Source: a virus | DNA: 64,000 nt | Reading direction: 5' to 3' (one strand) | Virus record (IMG/VR): IMGVR_UViG_3300046534_001374 | Span: 75,596-139,595 of that record | Shown here: positions 48,033-57,125 of the stretch, one piece after another | How positions within the stretch are numbered: the first letter of the stretch is position 1 | How the letters are laid out: every line of letters begins with the position of its first letter | Program-made: the position numbers and the translations under genes | The notes under the pieces: model-generated | What the model was told of the DNA's origin: nothing | Databases searched by the model: none | Seen by the model: only the letters and a program-made list of their open reading frames with translations

Positions 48033-49922
48033 ATGGAAGATGATAGACTGTGGGGAAAAAGCCAGATACCCGATGCCAAAATTATAACACAAAATAATTA
48101 TCTAGGTAACGAAAAGTTGCTACAGAAAGGTTCGGTGATGGAGTTATTACCCGAACATATTTTGGAGTATAAGCGATGTAGAGAGTCCATTGAATACTTC
48201 GCGGAGAACTATTATACCATCCTTGTAAAGGGCACACAGAAGGAACTCATGCAGCTTTGGCCTATCCAAAGAGAGGCACTACAATTCTTCCAAGACCACA
48301 ACAGGGTGGTTCTCAATGCGTCTAGGCAGACATCTAAAACTACAATGGTTGTCCTATTCATTTTATGGAAATTGATATTCTCTGACGGTATCCAACAGAT
48401 CGGATTGTTGGGAAACAAGTATGAATTGGCAAAACTAAACCTTAAAAAGGTTCAAGAAAGTTTCGAAGATCTACCGTATTTCCTTAAACCTTTCGTTGAG
48501 AAATGTAACGAAAGTGTTATTATATTGGATAACAAATGTCTATGCCGAATTACCTCTACTTCTTCTACTGCATTTCGAGGATCTACTATCACTAGTCTTA
48601 TTATTGATGAAGCGGCATTCATTAATGCAAATGGACAATCGGGTCTTGATGAGGAGATTATGCAATCACTAACGCCTACATTGGAAGCAGCAGGAGATGA
48701 TTCTTTTTGTATTCTAATATCAACACCCTTTGGTATGAATAATGTTTTTGCTAGATACTTCTTCAAAGCCAAGAAATATCAAAAACTTTTGCGAGACAAA
48801 CCCGATGCAACGGATGAAGACAAGAAGGGTATAAAAACAAAATACAAACCCTTTGAGATTTTATGGAGTGACCACCCAAAACGAGACCAAGACTGGTATG
48901 ATGACAGGATTATTGAGATGGGTTCGGAGCAAGCATTTTTTGTTGAATTCGGCGGCTCGTTCGATCTCGGTAGTAATCAAAAGAAGCTCTATGATAATGA
49001 CTTTAAGAAAGAGGTGGAGTCTGATAAAGAAGATCCGATGTTCACCCAAACTAAAGATCTATCAGATGTAAATGACCCTAGAGATAAATCATTAAAGGTA
49101 TGGGAATATGCGGAACCAAACCACATTTACTCTGCGGGTGTTGATGTGGCAGAAGGTGTTGGCGGATGTTCTTCTACTATATGCATCACCGACATCACCG
49201 ACCTATATGACACCAAGCAAGTTGCGGAGTATGCTTGTGATTCTATTTTGGTCGAAGACTTCGCACTAGTATGTATTGATATTTTCAACAGATATAACCA
49301 ATGCTATGCCACTGTAGAGAACAACGGTAAAGGTGGTGGTGAGTTGATCACACTGCTGAAGAAGTTCCACCAGTATCCTAAATTGATATGCTACCATCAT
49401 GATGAAAAAGCGAGAGATGCCATGAATAAAAACGGACAAGTTGGTATTACCAATCACCATAACACTAAAAAGAAAGTTATATCCAATGTTCGCCACTTCA
49501 TTAATAGCCGAAAACGAGGAGGTATCAGGGTAAAAACTATTACTATCAGATCCGAAAAACTTCTAGAAGAAATGGATACTTTCATCAGGCACGAAGGTTC
49601 TGGTTCGGGTAATGGTAATTGGAAACGAGAATCCCAAAGTGTTTATGACGATAGGGTTGATGCGTTTTGTTATTCGTTATTCCCACTACATCACGATATT
49701 GTGGAAAGATATTTCAATTTATCGGAACCGAAATTTGACGATGCTATGAAACCGTTTCATATTGTTTCCGAAAAGATGAAGGGTAACGGCGATACACGGA
49801 GGGAACAAATGGCTTTACCTGCAAATAATACTACAGTCAATGTATCAATTTATTTTGGCTCTTCAAACACGCCTATAAATAACCCCGAAGATTCGGATTT
49901 AGACTGGTTGCGGAACTTTTAA
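48033..49922 (+). CDS. gp17: terminase large subunit
   Basis: EYKRCRESIEYFAENY, SRQTSKT, RG...LIIDEAAF, ISTP, GVDVAEG, VENN, DDRV. Confidence 0.95.
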   Translation: MEDDRLWGKSQIPDAKIITQNNYLGNEKLLQKGSVMELLPEHILEYKRCRESIEYFAENYYTILVKGTQKELMQLWPIQREALQFFQDHNRVVLNASRQTSKTTMVVLFILWKLIFSDGIQQIGLLGNKYELAKLNLKKVQESFEDLPYFLKPFVEKCNESVIILDNKCLCRITSTSSTAFRGSTITSLIIDEAAFINANGQSGLDEEIMQSLTPTLEAAGDDSFCILISTPFGMNNVFARYFFKAKKYQKLLRDKPDATDEDKKGIKTKYKPFEILWSDHPKRDQDWYDDRIIEMGSEQAFFVEFGGSFDLGSNQKKLYDNDFKKEVESDKEDPMFTQTKDLSDVNDPRDKSLKVWEYAEPNHIYSAGVDVAEGVGGCSSTICITDITDLYDTKQVAEYACDSILVEDFALVCIDIFNRYNQCYATVENNGKGGGELITLLKKFHQYPKLICYHHDEKARDAMNKNGQVGITNHHNTKKKVISNVRHFINSRKRGGIRVKTITIRSEKLLEEMDTFIRHEGSGSGNGNWKRESQSVYDDRVDAFCYSLFPLHHDIVERYFNLSEPKFDDAMKPFHIVSEKMKGNGDTRREQMALPANNTTVNVSIYFGSSNTPINNPEDSDLDWLRNF

Positions 49923-49960
49923 GTTGAAAATTAAAAACCTTGCTTATTCTTAAATTCCCT

Positions 49961-49996
49961 AAAGCTCTAAAGGTTAGTCCCTTTAGAGCTTTTTTT
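49961..49996 (+). terminator. intrinsic terminator after gp17
   Basis: AAAGCTCTAAAGG / CCTTTAGAGCTTT plus T run. Confidence 0.7.
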
Positions 49997-50209
49997 GACT
50001 TCGAAGTCTAGGGATTTTAATATGTGTGAAATTGTGATTGTTTCGTCAAGTGATTGGAGTCTTTTGAGTTCTTCGCCTAAACAATCAATAAACTTGGGAT
50101 CAAATCCTCCAGCCTTTTTAATCTTTCGAGGATAGAAAACTCGTTTCTTTTCTACCCTGCTTTCTTCTTCGAGAACTTCTTTTTTAAAAATATCTTCAAA
50201 CTGACTCAT
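49967..50209 (-). CDS. hypothetical late protein
   Basis: 80 aa; TAATTA-N6 motif. Confidence 0.6.
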   Translation of the reverse strand: MSQFEDIFKKEVLEEESRVEKKRVFYPRKIKKAGGFDPKFIDCLGEELKRLQSLDETITISHILKSLDFEVKKSSKGTNL

Positions 50210-50215
50210 GTTAAG

Positions 50216-50221
50216 TAATTA
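50216..50221. promoter_or_regulatory. palindromic TAATTA late-promoter motif shared by divergent genes
   Basis: 6 nt from minus ATG 50209 and 5 nt from plus GTG 50227. Confidence 0.6.
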
Positions 50222-50226
50222 TCCTT

Positions 50227-50586
50227 GTGAAGGAGAAACAAAAAGATTTACCACAATTACCAAACCTCAGTAATAACAATTTAGAGACCTTGTTTTATGT
50301 TGATCAAGATGAAGAGGGTAACTATTTCTACGATCTTTCGGATACCATCTATGTTGAAACGGAGGGGATGAACCCGACCTATTACGTTGAGTATGATGTT
50401 CAATCCAATGATACTTTGTTTAGTATCGCCAAGAAGTTTTACGAAACCTATAACTTGTGGTGGGCTGTAGCTATTACCAACAACATAGATGACCCTTTCC
50501 AGTTGGGGGATATGGTGGGTGAAACTATCAAAATCCTAAAGAAGCCTGTATTAGGGCAGATGATGTCCATTATTGACAAGCAGTAA
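50227..50586 (+). CDS. gp53: baseplate wedge LysM protein (gp53-like)
   Basis: YDVQSNDTLFSIAKKFY....LWWAVAITNNIDDPF. Confidence 0.75.
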   Translation: MKEKQKDLPQLPNLSNNNLETLFYVDQDEEGNYFYDLSDTIYVETEGMNPTYYVEYDVQSNDTLFSIAKKFYETYNLWWAVAITNNIDDPFQLGDMVGETIKILKKPVLGQMMSIIDKQ

Positions 50587-50587
50587 C

Positions 50588-50595
50588 TATAAATA
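50588..50595 (+). promoter_or_regulatory. T4-consensus late promoter TATAAATA
   Basis: Exact gp55 consensus, 5 nt before ATG 50601. Confidence 0.75.
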
Positions 50596-50600
50596 AGAAT

Positions 50601-51566
50601 ATGCAAAGTTTTAAATTGTTTTTCGAACATTTCAGAAATTCTATTCTAGAAGAAAGTTTACAGTCTAGAATCGACGAGTTGGTTGGCTCTAATGTTTTCG
50701 GTGCTTTAGGTGAGGATTTCATTCAACAGAGATTTGAAGAGTATAAAACAAAAGGAGTAGTTCCCACAGAAAGACTTAATACTAGGAAGTCCGACAGAAC
50801 AGGACTTGAGATGATTGAACTTACGGAAAAAGACTATGAGGAAATCCTACCATTCGTATTCAAAATGGATAAAGAGGTTAGGGATAAAGTTATTGAGTTG
50901 GCTAAAGGCGACGATAAGAAATCTGGTAAAATTAATAAGTTCTACAATGGCTTAACCGTTAGACCAGTTTTCGAAGATGCTTCCCAGATCAAAGGAACCC
51001 TCACAAACTGGTTCGTATTTAGAAATAAAGATAACGATGTTCCCAAAAGTTTAAGATCGAAGATTGACTTCGGAACACTCGAAGCGGGAGTTGATAAGGC
51101 ATTAGCCGAACAAAATGGAGAAGGGGATGATACTAAAAAGAGTGGTGGAGATCCCGACTATAATAAACCCGATGGCTTCTCTTTCATCCGAGAAGTTAAC
51201 AACATGCGTTTGTATAAATGGAATTCTATCGGAACTGTTTGTAGTTTAGATCCTACTGTTAAGAAGGACTGGCTTTCGATTAAGTTTGATGTTACAGGTA
51301 ATGCTTCTAATAAATGGTGTGTAGCTGGCGACAGTGGTGAGTATCGTGATCAATACGGTGAGCCGGACGATAAAGGGGATTTTAAGTATCCATACTACAT
51401 GGTTCGCAAAAAAGGTGATGGTGGTTACAGACCTTATGTTTTGATGCACGGAGAGACAAAGCAATGTAAAGATATAAATGATCACGCCATCGACGAGGAA
51501 CTTGCAGAGGAGATTTATCCAGCTGTTCAAGGAATGCTTAAGCAGATTATCTTTAATAATTCATAA
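50601..51566 (+). CDS. late hypothetical protein (possible internal head protein)
   Basis: 321 aa, MQSFKLFFE start, KWCVA motif, late promoter. Confidence 0.65.
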   Translation: MQSFKLFFEHFRNSILEESLQSRIDELVGSNVFGALGEDFIQQRFEEYKTKGVVPTERLNTRKSDRTGLEMIELTEKDYEEILPFVFKMDKEVRDKVIELAKGDDKKSGKINKFYNGLTVRPVFEDASQIKGTLTNWFVFRNKDNDVPKSLRSKIDFGTLEAGVDKALAEQNGEGDDTKKSGGDPDYNKPDGFSFIREVNNMRLYKWNSIGTVCSLDPTVKKDWLSIKFDVTGNASNKWCVAGDSGEYRDQYGEPDDKGDFKYPYYMVRKKGDGGYRPYVLMHGETKQCKDINDHAIDEELAEEIYPAVQGMLKQIIFNNS

Positions 51567-51570
51567 TATC

Positions 51571-51993
51571 ATGGGACCGGACATACAACAGTGGTTAGAA
51601 TCTTCTTATGAAGATTTGAAACTTGCTTATGAAGATAAAGACAATTATAGTATAAATGTAATTGATAATAAAGACGAATATTATTTTGGCGTTTCTGTGG
51701 CCAAAAGGGGTGTTGGAGTATTCTTACATTTTTCAGTAAACACGGATATAGTAGAAGAGGTGGAACTCGATGGTTATGATGGTTATTATGATGACCAAGG
51801 TGATGATGGTTATTATGATGACCAAGGTGATGATGATAAAGACTTTATGGCATTTAGCCAATTTTTCGAAAGAGAATCACTATACAACGCTAGATTCAAA
51901 AGAAGAACCTCTAACGAATGGGACCACGGTATAGTCTCTCACGATGTTAGAGGTGTCTGGAAAGAATTTACAGAATCGATTGAACAATACTAA
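51571..51993 (+). CDS. acidic hypothetical protein
   Basis: Start at MGPDIQ; contains a 27-bp tandem duplication. Confidence 0.55.
   Translation: MGPDIQQWLESSYEDLKLAYEDKDNYSINVIDNKDEYYFGVSVAKRGVGVFLHFSVNTDIVEEVELDGYDGYYDDQGDDGYYDDQGDDDKDFMAFSQFFERESLYNARFKRRTSNEWDHGIVSHDVRGVWKEFTESIEQY
51778..51831 (+). repeat. 27-bp tandem duplication (DGYYDDQGD x2)
   Basis: GATGGTTATTATGATGACCAAGGTGAT twice. Confidence 0.9.
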
Positions 51994-52001
51994 TCCATAA
52001 T

Positions 52002-52493
52002 ATGAATGCAGTGATTCCAGATATACCAACAGGCGAAGTCACATCTGAAGGTAAGCCTATTTTGAAGTTCGTTACTTTTGACGACATCAAAGAGGATTTT
52101 CTGCGAGCATTTAATTCCAATGCACCTTCCCCTATTGTTGATATATCAGATGAAGGTATATCTAAAATTGATTCTAGATTAAATAATTTTAATCCACAAG
52201 TTTCATCAAAACAGTTTAATAGTGTGCAAGCCCTAGAGGGAATGGTTGATAATTTCCTAGACAAGATAGACTCGACCAATGGCGTTAGCTACTCCGAACA
52301 CTCGGTGAACCCAGAAGTAGCCAGAATGTTCCCACAAGCCATGTTCACGCCCTCTACTGAGATTGTCATGAATGAAGTCAGGAATGACATGAGACAGTCT
52401 AGAATCGACCACAGAGCGCAACTGGATACCGCTAAACATCTACATGAAATGGCATGGGGTAAAGATGGTGGTTATAACTTTCTGGGTTGGTAA
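52002..52493 (+). CDS. hypothetical protein
   Basis: 163-aa ORF. Confidence 0.6.
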   Translation: MNAVIPDIPTGEVTSEGKPILKFVTFDDIKEDFLRAFNSNAPSPIVDISDEGISKIDSRLNNFNPQVSSKQFNSVQALEGMVDNFLDKIDSTNGVSYSEHSVNPEVARMFPQAMFTPSTEIVMNEVRNDMRQSRIDHRAQLDTAKHLHEMAWGKDGGYNFLGW

Positions 52494-52506
52494 ACTAAAT
52501 AAGTAA

Positions 52507-54408
52507 GTGAGCATCATTACCCCATTAGATTCCGACATACTCCTTGACGATTTAGAGGCGTATGATTCTGGTGTTTTTAGAACTATTAGAAGTTCTTTCA
52601 TTCTCCCTTTTCAAGAGGAAGATCTCAGAGTTCCTTATGATTTCTACTTTTCAGAGAATATTAACCCTCTATTCGAAAAGGTATACGCTAATGTCGAATA
52701 CTTGGAGGGCTTCGCTAAAATATACAATTCGGTCCTACCGTTAGAAACTTTAACATGCCCCGAATATGGTGACGATATATTGGGTTTGAAAACTTCCGAT
52801 AAATTTGAGGTAACGTTCACCAAAAATGAAATAACAATTTATCAGAAAGGTGTTTTACAACAGACTATAACACAAACCCAGTTTGGGCGATTCTTTGATA
52901 TCCGAGATGTTGCTTTAAATGGTGATGTTTTGTTTGTATTGGATGGTAATTTTGTTTTAAAGCTGGACATCGAATCTAATCCTTTCAAGTTCCTAACTTT
53001 CTTCGGTGGGGTTGGCTCCAAATCTTCCGAATATAAATTCAAAGATCCTGTCAAGATTATTTTAGATAAGGGTCAGCTTTATATTTTCGATCAAGACACC
53101 CAAGTTTTAAAACACTATAATGAGTTTCTATCTTTTGTAGTGAATATAGATGTAGCGGGGGTAGTTGATGTTGATGTTGTGGATGGTGTAATTTACAAAG
53201 TAACCACTTCCGAATTAATTTTTAAAGACCAAGTTATCAGACACGGGATACCCGAAGTGGATAAGATTCTTGTTGACAAAACCCAAGAAGGATTCTTATG
53301 GGTTGGGTCAACCACATTACTGAAGAAGTATGCCTTTAATGGTCTGGAGATATATTCCAATACCAGAGAGGATCTAATTTCTATTGATCGTTACGGGACA
53401 TCTTTGATGGTTATTGATGGCGGTTCTGTGGTTAGGGAAATCGAATACCAATTCGTTACTACTATTTTAAGCGAGGACGGGTTGGCGTTTCCCAAAGAGA
53501 CTATATTGATTCATCCTGATGAACTGAATAGTGATATGGTGGTGAACGACAGTATTCAAAAGCTTTACACTCTGCTTAACTCGTTTAACCAAAAGATTGT
53601 TGGGAAGTTTGTATCAACACTAGACGCCGAAAGTAATTACGTTTCTGTCGATGTAGGGGTTTTATACCCTATCGAAGATGACTTTTTAGAAATCGAGGGT
53701 GACGGGTTAACCATAGAAGACGTTTATACTAAACTAGAAAGCGAAGGGGTTATAATAGGAGGCGGACATTTATTATATGAAATTGTAGACATTTCGGGCG
53801 AAAGACAATTCATAGTAATCGGCCAAACACCCGAGTTCACCGGAAGTGATGTCATTGTGCTAAACCATCAAGCCTTCCACCGACATGATGAGATTGTTTC
53901 TTGCCATGCATGGGATAGAACTTTGGATGTTGTTTTTGATATAATAACTTATATCAAAAATAGATTGATCGGTGTCGAGGTGTTTAATGTTGACTCGGGA
54001 ATCCCCGATAGTCTACCCGCAAACGATGTTAGTTTTGTTACTAAAATTAACTGGAGTTTGGGTTCACAGTCGTGTGAAGGTATAGAGCCTCAACTATTTA
54101 ACCCCAATTTCACACCACTATCTCTTGAGGAGTTGAGTATACCCGAGTTAAGTTGTCATTCTCTTTGTGAATGTATTGACGCACTATACTTTGGTGGGGA
54201 CGGTGCTAGATATACTGGCGGGCCTTGTGTTGTATATTCCACAGAGCCGAGTTGTAATGAGGTATTATACTTCGGTGGGGACGGTGCGAGATATACTGGC
54301 GGGCCTTGTGGAATATATTCCACAGAGCCGAGTTGTAATGAGGTATTATACTTTGATGAGGCTGGGTCGATGTATAGTGATGGGTCTTGTGGCGTATACT
54401 CCGATTAA
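52507..54408 (+). CDS. virion structural protein with beta-propeller-like region and Cys-rich C-terminal repeats
   Basis: NHL-like GGVG....FKDPVKI..D...LYIFD; TAAATA-N5-GTG. Confidence 0.65.
   Translation: MSIITPLDSDILLDDLEAYDSGVFRTIRSSFILPFQEEDLRVPYDFYFSENINPLFEKVYANVEYLEGFAKIYNSVLPLETLTCPEYGDDILGLKTSDKFEVTFTKNEITIYQKGVLQQTITQTQFGRFFDIRDVALNGDVLFVLDGNFVLKLDIESNPFKFLTFFGGVGSKSSEYKFKDPVKIILDKGQLYIFDQDTQVLKHYNEFLSFVVNIDVAGVVDVDVVDGVIYKVTTSELIFKDQVIRHGIPEVDKILVDKTQEGFLWVGSTTLLKKYAFNGLEIYSNTREDLISIDRYGTSLMVIDGGSVVREIEYQFVTTILSEDGLAFPKETILIHPDELNSDMVVNDSIQKLYTLLNSFNQKIVGKFVSTLDAESNYVSVDVGVLYPIEDDFLEIEGDGLTIEDVYTKLESEGVIIGGGHLLYEIVDISGERQFIVIGQTPEFTGSDVIVLNHQAFHRHDEIVSCHAWDRTLDVVFDIITYIKNRLIGVEVFNVDSGIPDSLPANDVSFVTKINWSLGSQSCEGIEPQLFNPNFTPLSLEELSIPELSCHSLCECIDALYFGGDGARYTGGPCVVYSTEPSCNEVLYFGGDGARYTGGPCGIYSTEPSCNEVLYFDEAGSMYSDGSCGVYSD
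54184..54405 (+). repeat. 81-bp tandem repeat (27 aa) x~2.7
   Basis: LYFGGDGARYTGGPC..YSTEPSCNEV units at 54184, 54265, 54346. Confidence 0.9.
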
Positions 54409-54457
54409 ATAATTAACTTTTAACGTAGCTTATGCTATAATTAATATTTATGGGATA
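54394..54457 (+). repeat. 64-bp direct repeat, copy 1
   Basis: GTATACTCCGATTAAATAATTAACTT...CTATAATTAATATTTATGGGATA. Confidence 0.88.
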
Positions 54458-55952
54458 CGAAGGTAGAGAAATGTCATTAGCTGCGACTAAATTTGTTTTG
54501 GGTGATGCCAATTCAGAAGAAGAAAAGACAGCTATCAGGAATCAGATAGGAGCAGTTGATACCACATACACGCAAAGTTTAACCGGATCAACCTTAACCC
54601 TAACAGGTTCTGATGCTTCAACTACTGATATTGATTTAACCAGTAACCCGCTAGACACGTTAATCCCTTTGGCCGACAATGTCTGGATCATGGGCGAAGA
54701 CGGCGCGACCATCACGGACATCCGAGGCAGTAACAACGCCACCATCGTTGGTTCCTTGCCTGACCCTACATCCGACCAATCGTTCTACAAAGCCCGCACT
54801 TTTGACGGCACAACCATGTCAGCCGTGACAGGCGACCTAGGTAATGCACGCAACGCATTCACAGCGATCATCACACATCGACATGACGCGCTTACCTCTG
54901 ACGGATTGCTTAGTAGTGCCAAGTCAACCGCCACTTCTTCCGACTTCTCCGAGGTTAACTGGATGACATGGGCCGCAAGCGATGAAATCACTTTCTATTG
55001 CCGTCGTGCTAACAGCACTGGTAACTTCGACCAACTTCGTATCAGCCCTATCGAAGCCGGTGTGGGATACACTACCCTCATGCAAAATGACGGAGCTAAA
55101 ATGACTTTGTTAGTAAGCGGAGTCGGCCTTCTTGACACGGATGCCGCACTGTATTCATCCTATACCGAGACCACGGACCAACCTCTTCACATCGGTAAAT
55201 CCTTTCAGACTGCCGCTGCTGCTTCCACGTTACTTGACGGGGAATCGGGAGGAGTTCTTTACTACAAAAAAGCAATCGGGTCGGACTACTACCCCCTTGT
55301 TGAACAACTTAAACCAGCACACTGGCGGGAATATATACGAGTCAACCTCGGCGTAGGTGCATGGGGAGACTCACTCACCACCGCGTCCTTCGCGGACCCG
55401 TCTTATGTCAAAGGTTTCGCCACGGGAATGGGACTACACGACCACGACCTGAACGGTGTTGGTGGAGAAACTTCAGTATCTATAATTTCCCGTATCAACG
55501 GAACGTCACTAGCTGACCTGCGCCGCAAATACACCATCATATTCATGGGTAACAACGACGGTAATAGCGCCATGGCAACCGCCGCCCAAAACACCCTTGA
55601 CGCAATCAATCGCTTCCTTCTGGCTGGAAACCAGAACATCCTTGTCCTAGGCATACCTAACCGCACAGTCACCGACGCCACCGACGCCACCATAGACGAC
55701 CGCACCGCATACGGAGCCCAAATCCAAGCTATCGTAAAGCCTTTCTGTGATGCCACACCGTATGTCACTTACTTCGACACCCAAGACTGGTTCGTCAACT
55801 CTGACAACTACACGCCTCTCGACTCTGACGACAGCATGGACCAAGGCAAAGGAATCGTACCTCGCTCATGCCGTGATGACAGATTCTCGGTCGCGTCCAC
55901 ACACTTCGGTGATATCGGTGCAGCTCACTTAGCCGCACTCTTGCTACCATAG
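54450..55952 (+). CDS. tail-associated protein with LamG-like and SGNH/GDSL hydrolase domains
   Basis: AWGDSLT, NGVGGETS, IFMGNND, terminal His (THF); visibly higher GC and C-ending codons from ~54640. Confidence 0.75.
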   Translation: MGYEGREMSLAATKFVLGDANSEEEKTAIRNQIGAVDTTYTQSLTGSTLTLTGSDASTTDIDLTSNPLDTLIPLADNVWIMGEDGATITDIRGSNNATIVGSLPDPTSDQSFYKARTFDGTTMSAVTGDLGNARNAFTAIITHRHDALTSDGLLSSAKSTATSSDFSEVNWMTWAASDEITFYCRRANSTGNFDQLRISPIEAGVGYTTLMQNDGAKMTLLVSGVGLLDTDAALYSSYTETTDQPLHIGKSFQTAAAASTLLDGESGGVLYYKKAIGSDYYPLVEQLKPAHWREYIRVNLGVGAWGDSLTTASFADPSYVKGFATGMGLHDHDLNGVGGETSVSIISRINGTSLADLRRKYTIIFMGNNDGNSAMATAAQNTLDAINRFLLAGNQNILVLGIPNRTVTDATDATIDDRTAYGAQIQAIVKPFCDATPYVTYFDTQDWFVNSDNYTPLDSDDSMDQGKGIVPRSCRDDRFSVASTHFGDIGAAHLAALLLP

Positions 55953-55996
55953 ATCCTCTAAAAGAATATCAACCACACCACCTTGATTGGTGGTGT

Positions 55997-56060
55997 GTAT
56001 ACTCCGATTAAATAATTAACTTCTAACGTAACGTACACTATAATTAATATTTAAGGGATA
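55997..56060 (+). repeat. 64-bp direct repeat, copy 2 (ATG mutated to AAG)
   Basis: Matches 54394-54457 with a few substitutions. Confidence 0.88.
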
Positions 56061-56120
56061 TGCGTTAAGAATGGGATGGAGATTCAGCATACGCCCAGAA
56101 TTGATGTAATATAATAGTAG

Positions 56121-56606
56121 ATGGCTAAGAACAGAAAACCAAGACCATCATATCACCAAGGTATCTACAAACCAAGATACCCCGAAAAGAATATAAACCA
56201 AACTCCAATCGAGTATCGTTCTCAATTGGAGTTTGAATATATGTGGAGAGTTGAAAAATCATCCAATATCCTCAAATGGGGTAGTGAGACTATTTGGGTT
56301 CCTTATTATAACAAAGTCAAGAAAAGGGTTTGTCAATATTGGGTGGATTTATATGTCGAAACAAAAAATCAAGGAATCATAATTGTTGAGATTAAACCCG
56401 AGAGGGAGATCAAAGCAATCAAAGAGAACAAAAGACCCAAAGCTACCAAGAAAAAGAAGAGATCAACTCTCCTTTACGAAACTAAAATGTGGATAATTAA
56501 CAAATCTAAATGGGAAGCTGCAAATGACTTCGCTAAAAAGAAAGGTTGGAAGTTTATGATTGTTAGTGAAAAACATCTTAAAGATAATAAGGTTCCTTTC
56601 CTTTAG
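56121..56606 (+). CDS. gp4: head completion nuclease (gp4-like)
   Basis: QG.YKP..PEK, YRS.LE, WGSE...PY, Y.VD, VEIKP, N.SKWEAA. Confidence 0.9.
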   Translation: MAKNRKPRPSYHQGIYKPRYPEKNINQTPIEYRSQLEFEYMWRVEKSSNILKWGSETIWVPYYNKVKKRVCQYWVDLYVETKNQGIIIVEIKPEREIKAIKENKRPKATKKKKRSTLLYETKMWIINKSKWEAANDFAKKKGWKFMIVSEKHLKDNKVPFL

Positions 56607-56638
56607 AGAAAAATCTTGAGTGGAGACTAATTAAAAGT

Positions 56639-57091
56639 ATGAGTATTAGTAGTAGATTCGCCAAGAGATACACCGTTTCTGGTGAGCTTGAAATTGTCAT
56701 TCTAAAGGATGATTCGGGCGTATTGCTTAGTAATCGCCTAGGACCATACTCTGTAAGCACACCGCCGAGTAGCACAGAGTTCCCCGATTGGGCAACCCTC
56801 ATTACCACAGTGGAAGATGCTATGGTTAATACTTTAGATGTTAAGCGAGTGGAGCTTAGTGGACCTACAACATGGACTACTGATGCTACTATCGTATCAT
56901 TCAATCTAAAAGCAATACTATCAGACAGTTCGACACTCACTGATATTGATTCTGTAGTTACACCTATCATCACTGGAGAGACCGTCAATTATACGGCAGA
57001 ACAGAATGGTAAAAACGAACTAGGTTCTGGTGTTATTCTCACTGTTGCTTCTGGCGATACCTTTATTGTCGAGTATATGGTTTCTTCTTAA
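56639..57091 (+). CDS. probable virion protein
   Basis: 150 aa, beta-rich, TAATTA-N5 motif. Confidence 0.6.
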   Translation: MSISSRFAKRYTVSGELEIVILKDDSGVLLSNRLGPYSVSTPPSSTEFPDWATLITTVEDAMVNTLDVKRVELSGPTTWTTDATIVSFNLKAILSDSSTLTDIDSVVTPIITGETVNYTAEQNGKNELGSGVILTVASGDTFIVEYMVSS

Positions 57092-57125
57092 CATCTAATA
57101 TTTACATTTTACACTACTTATAATT

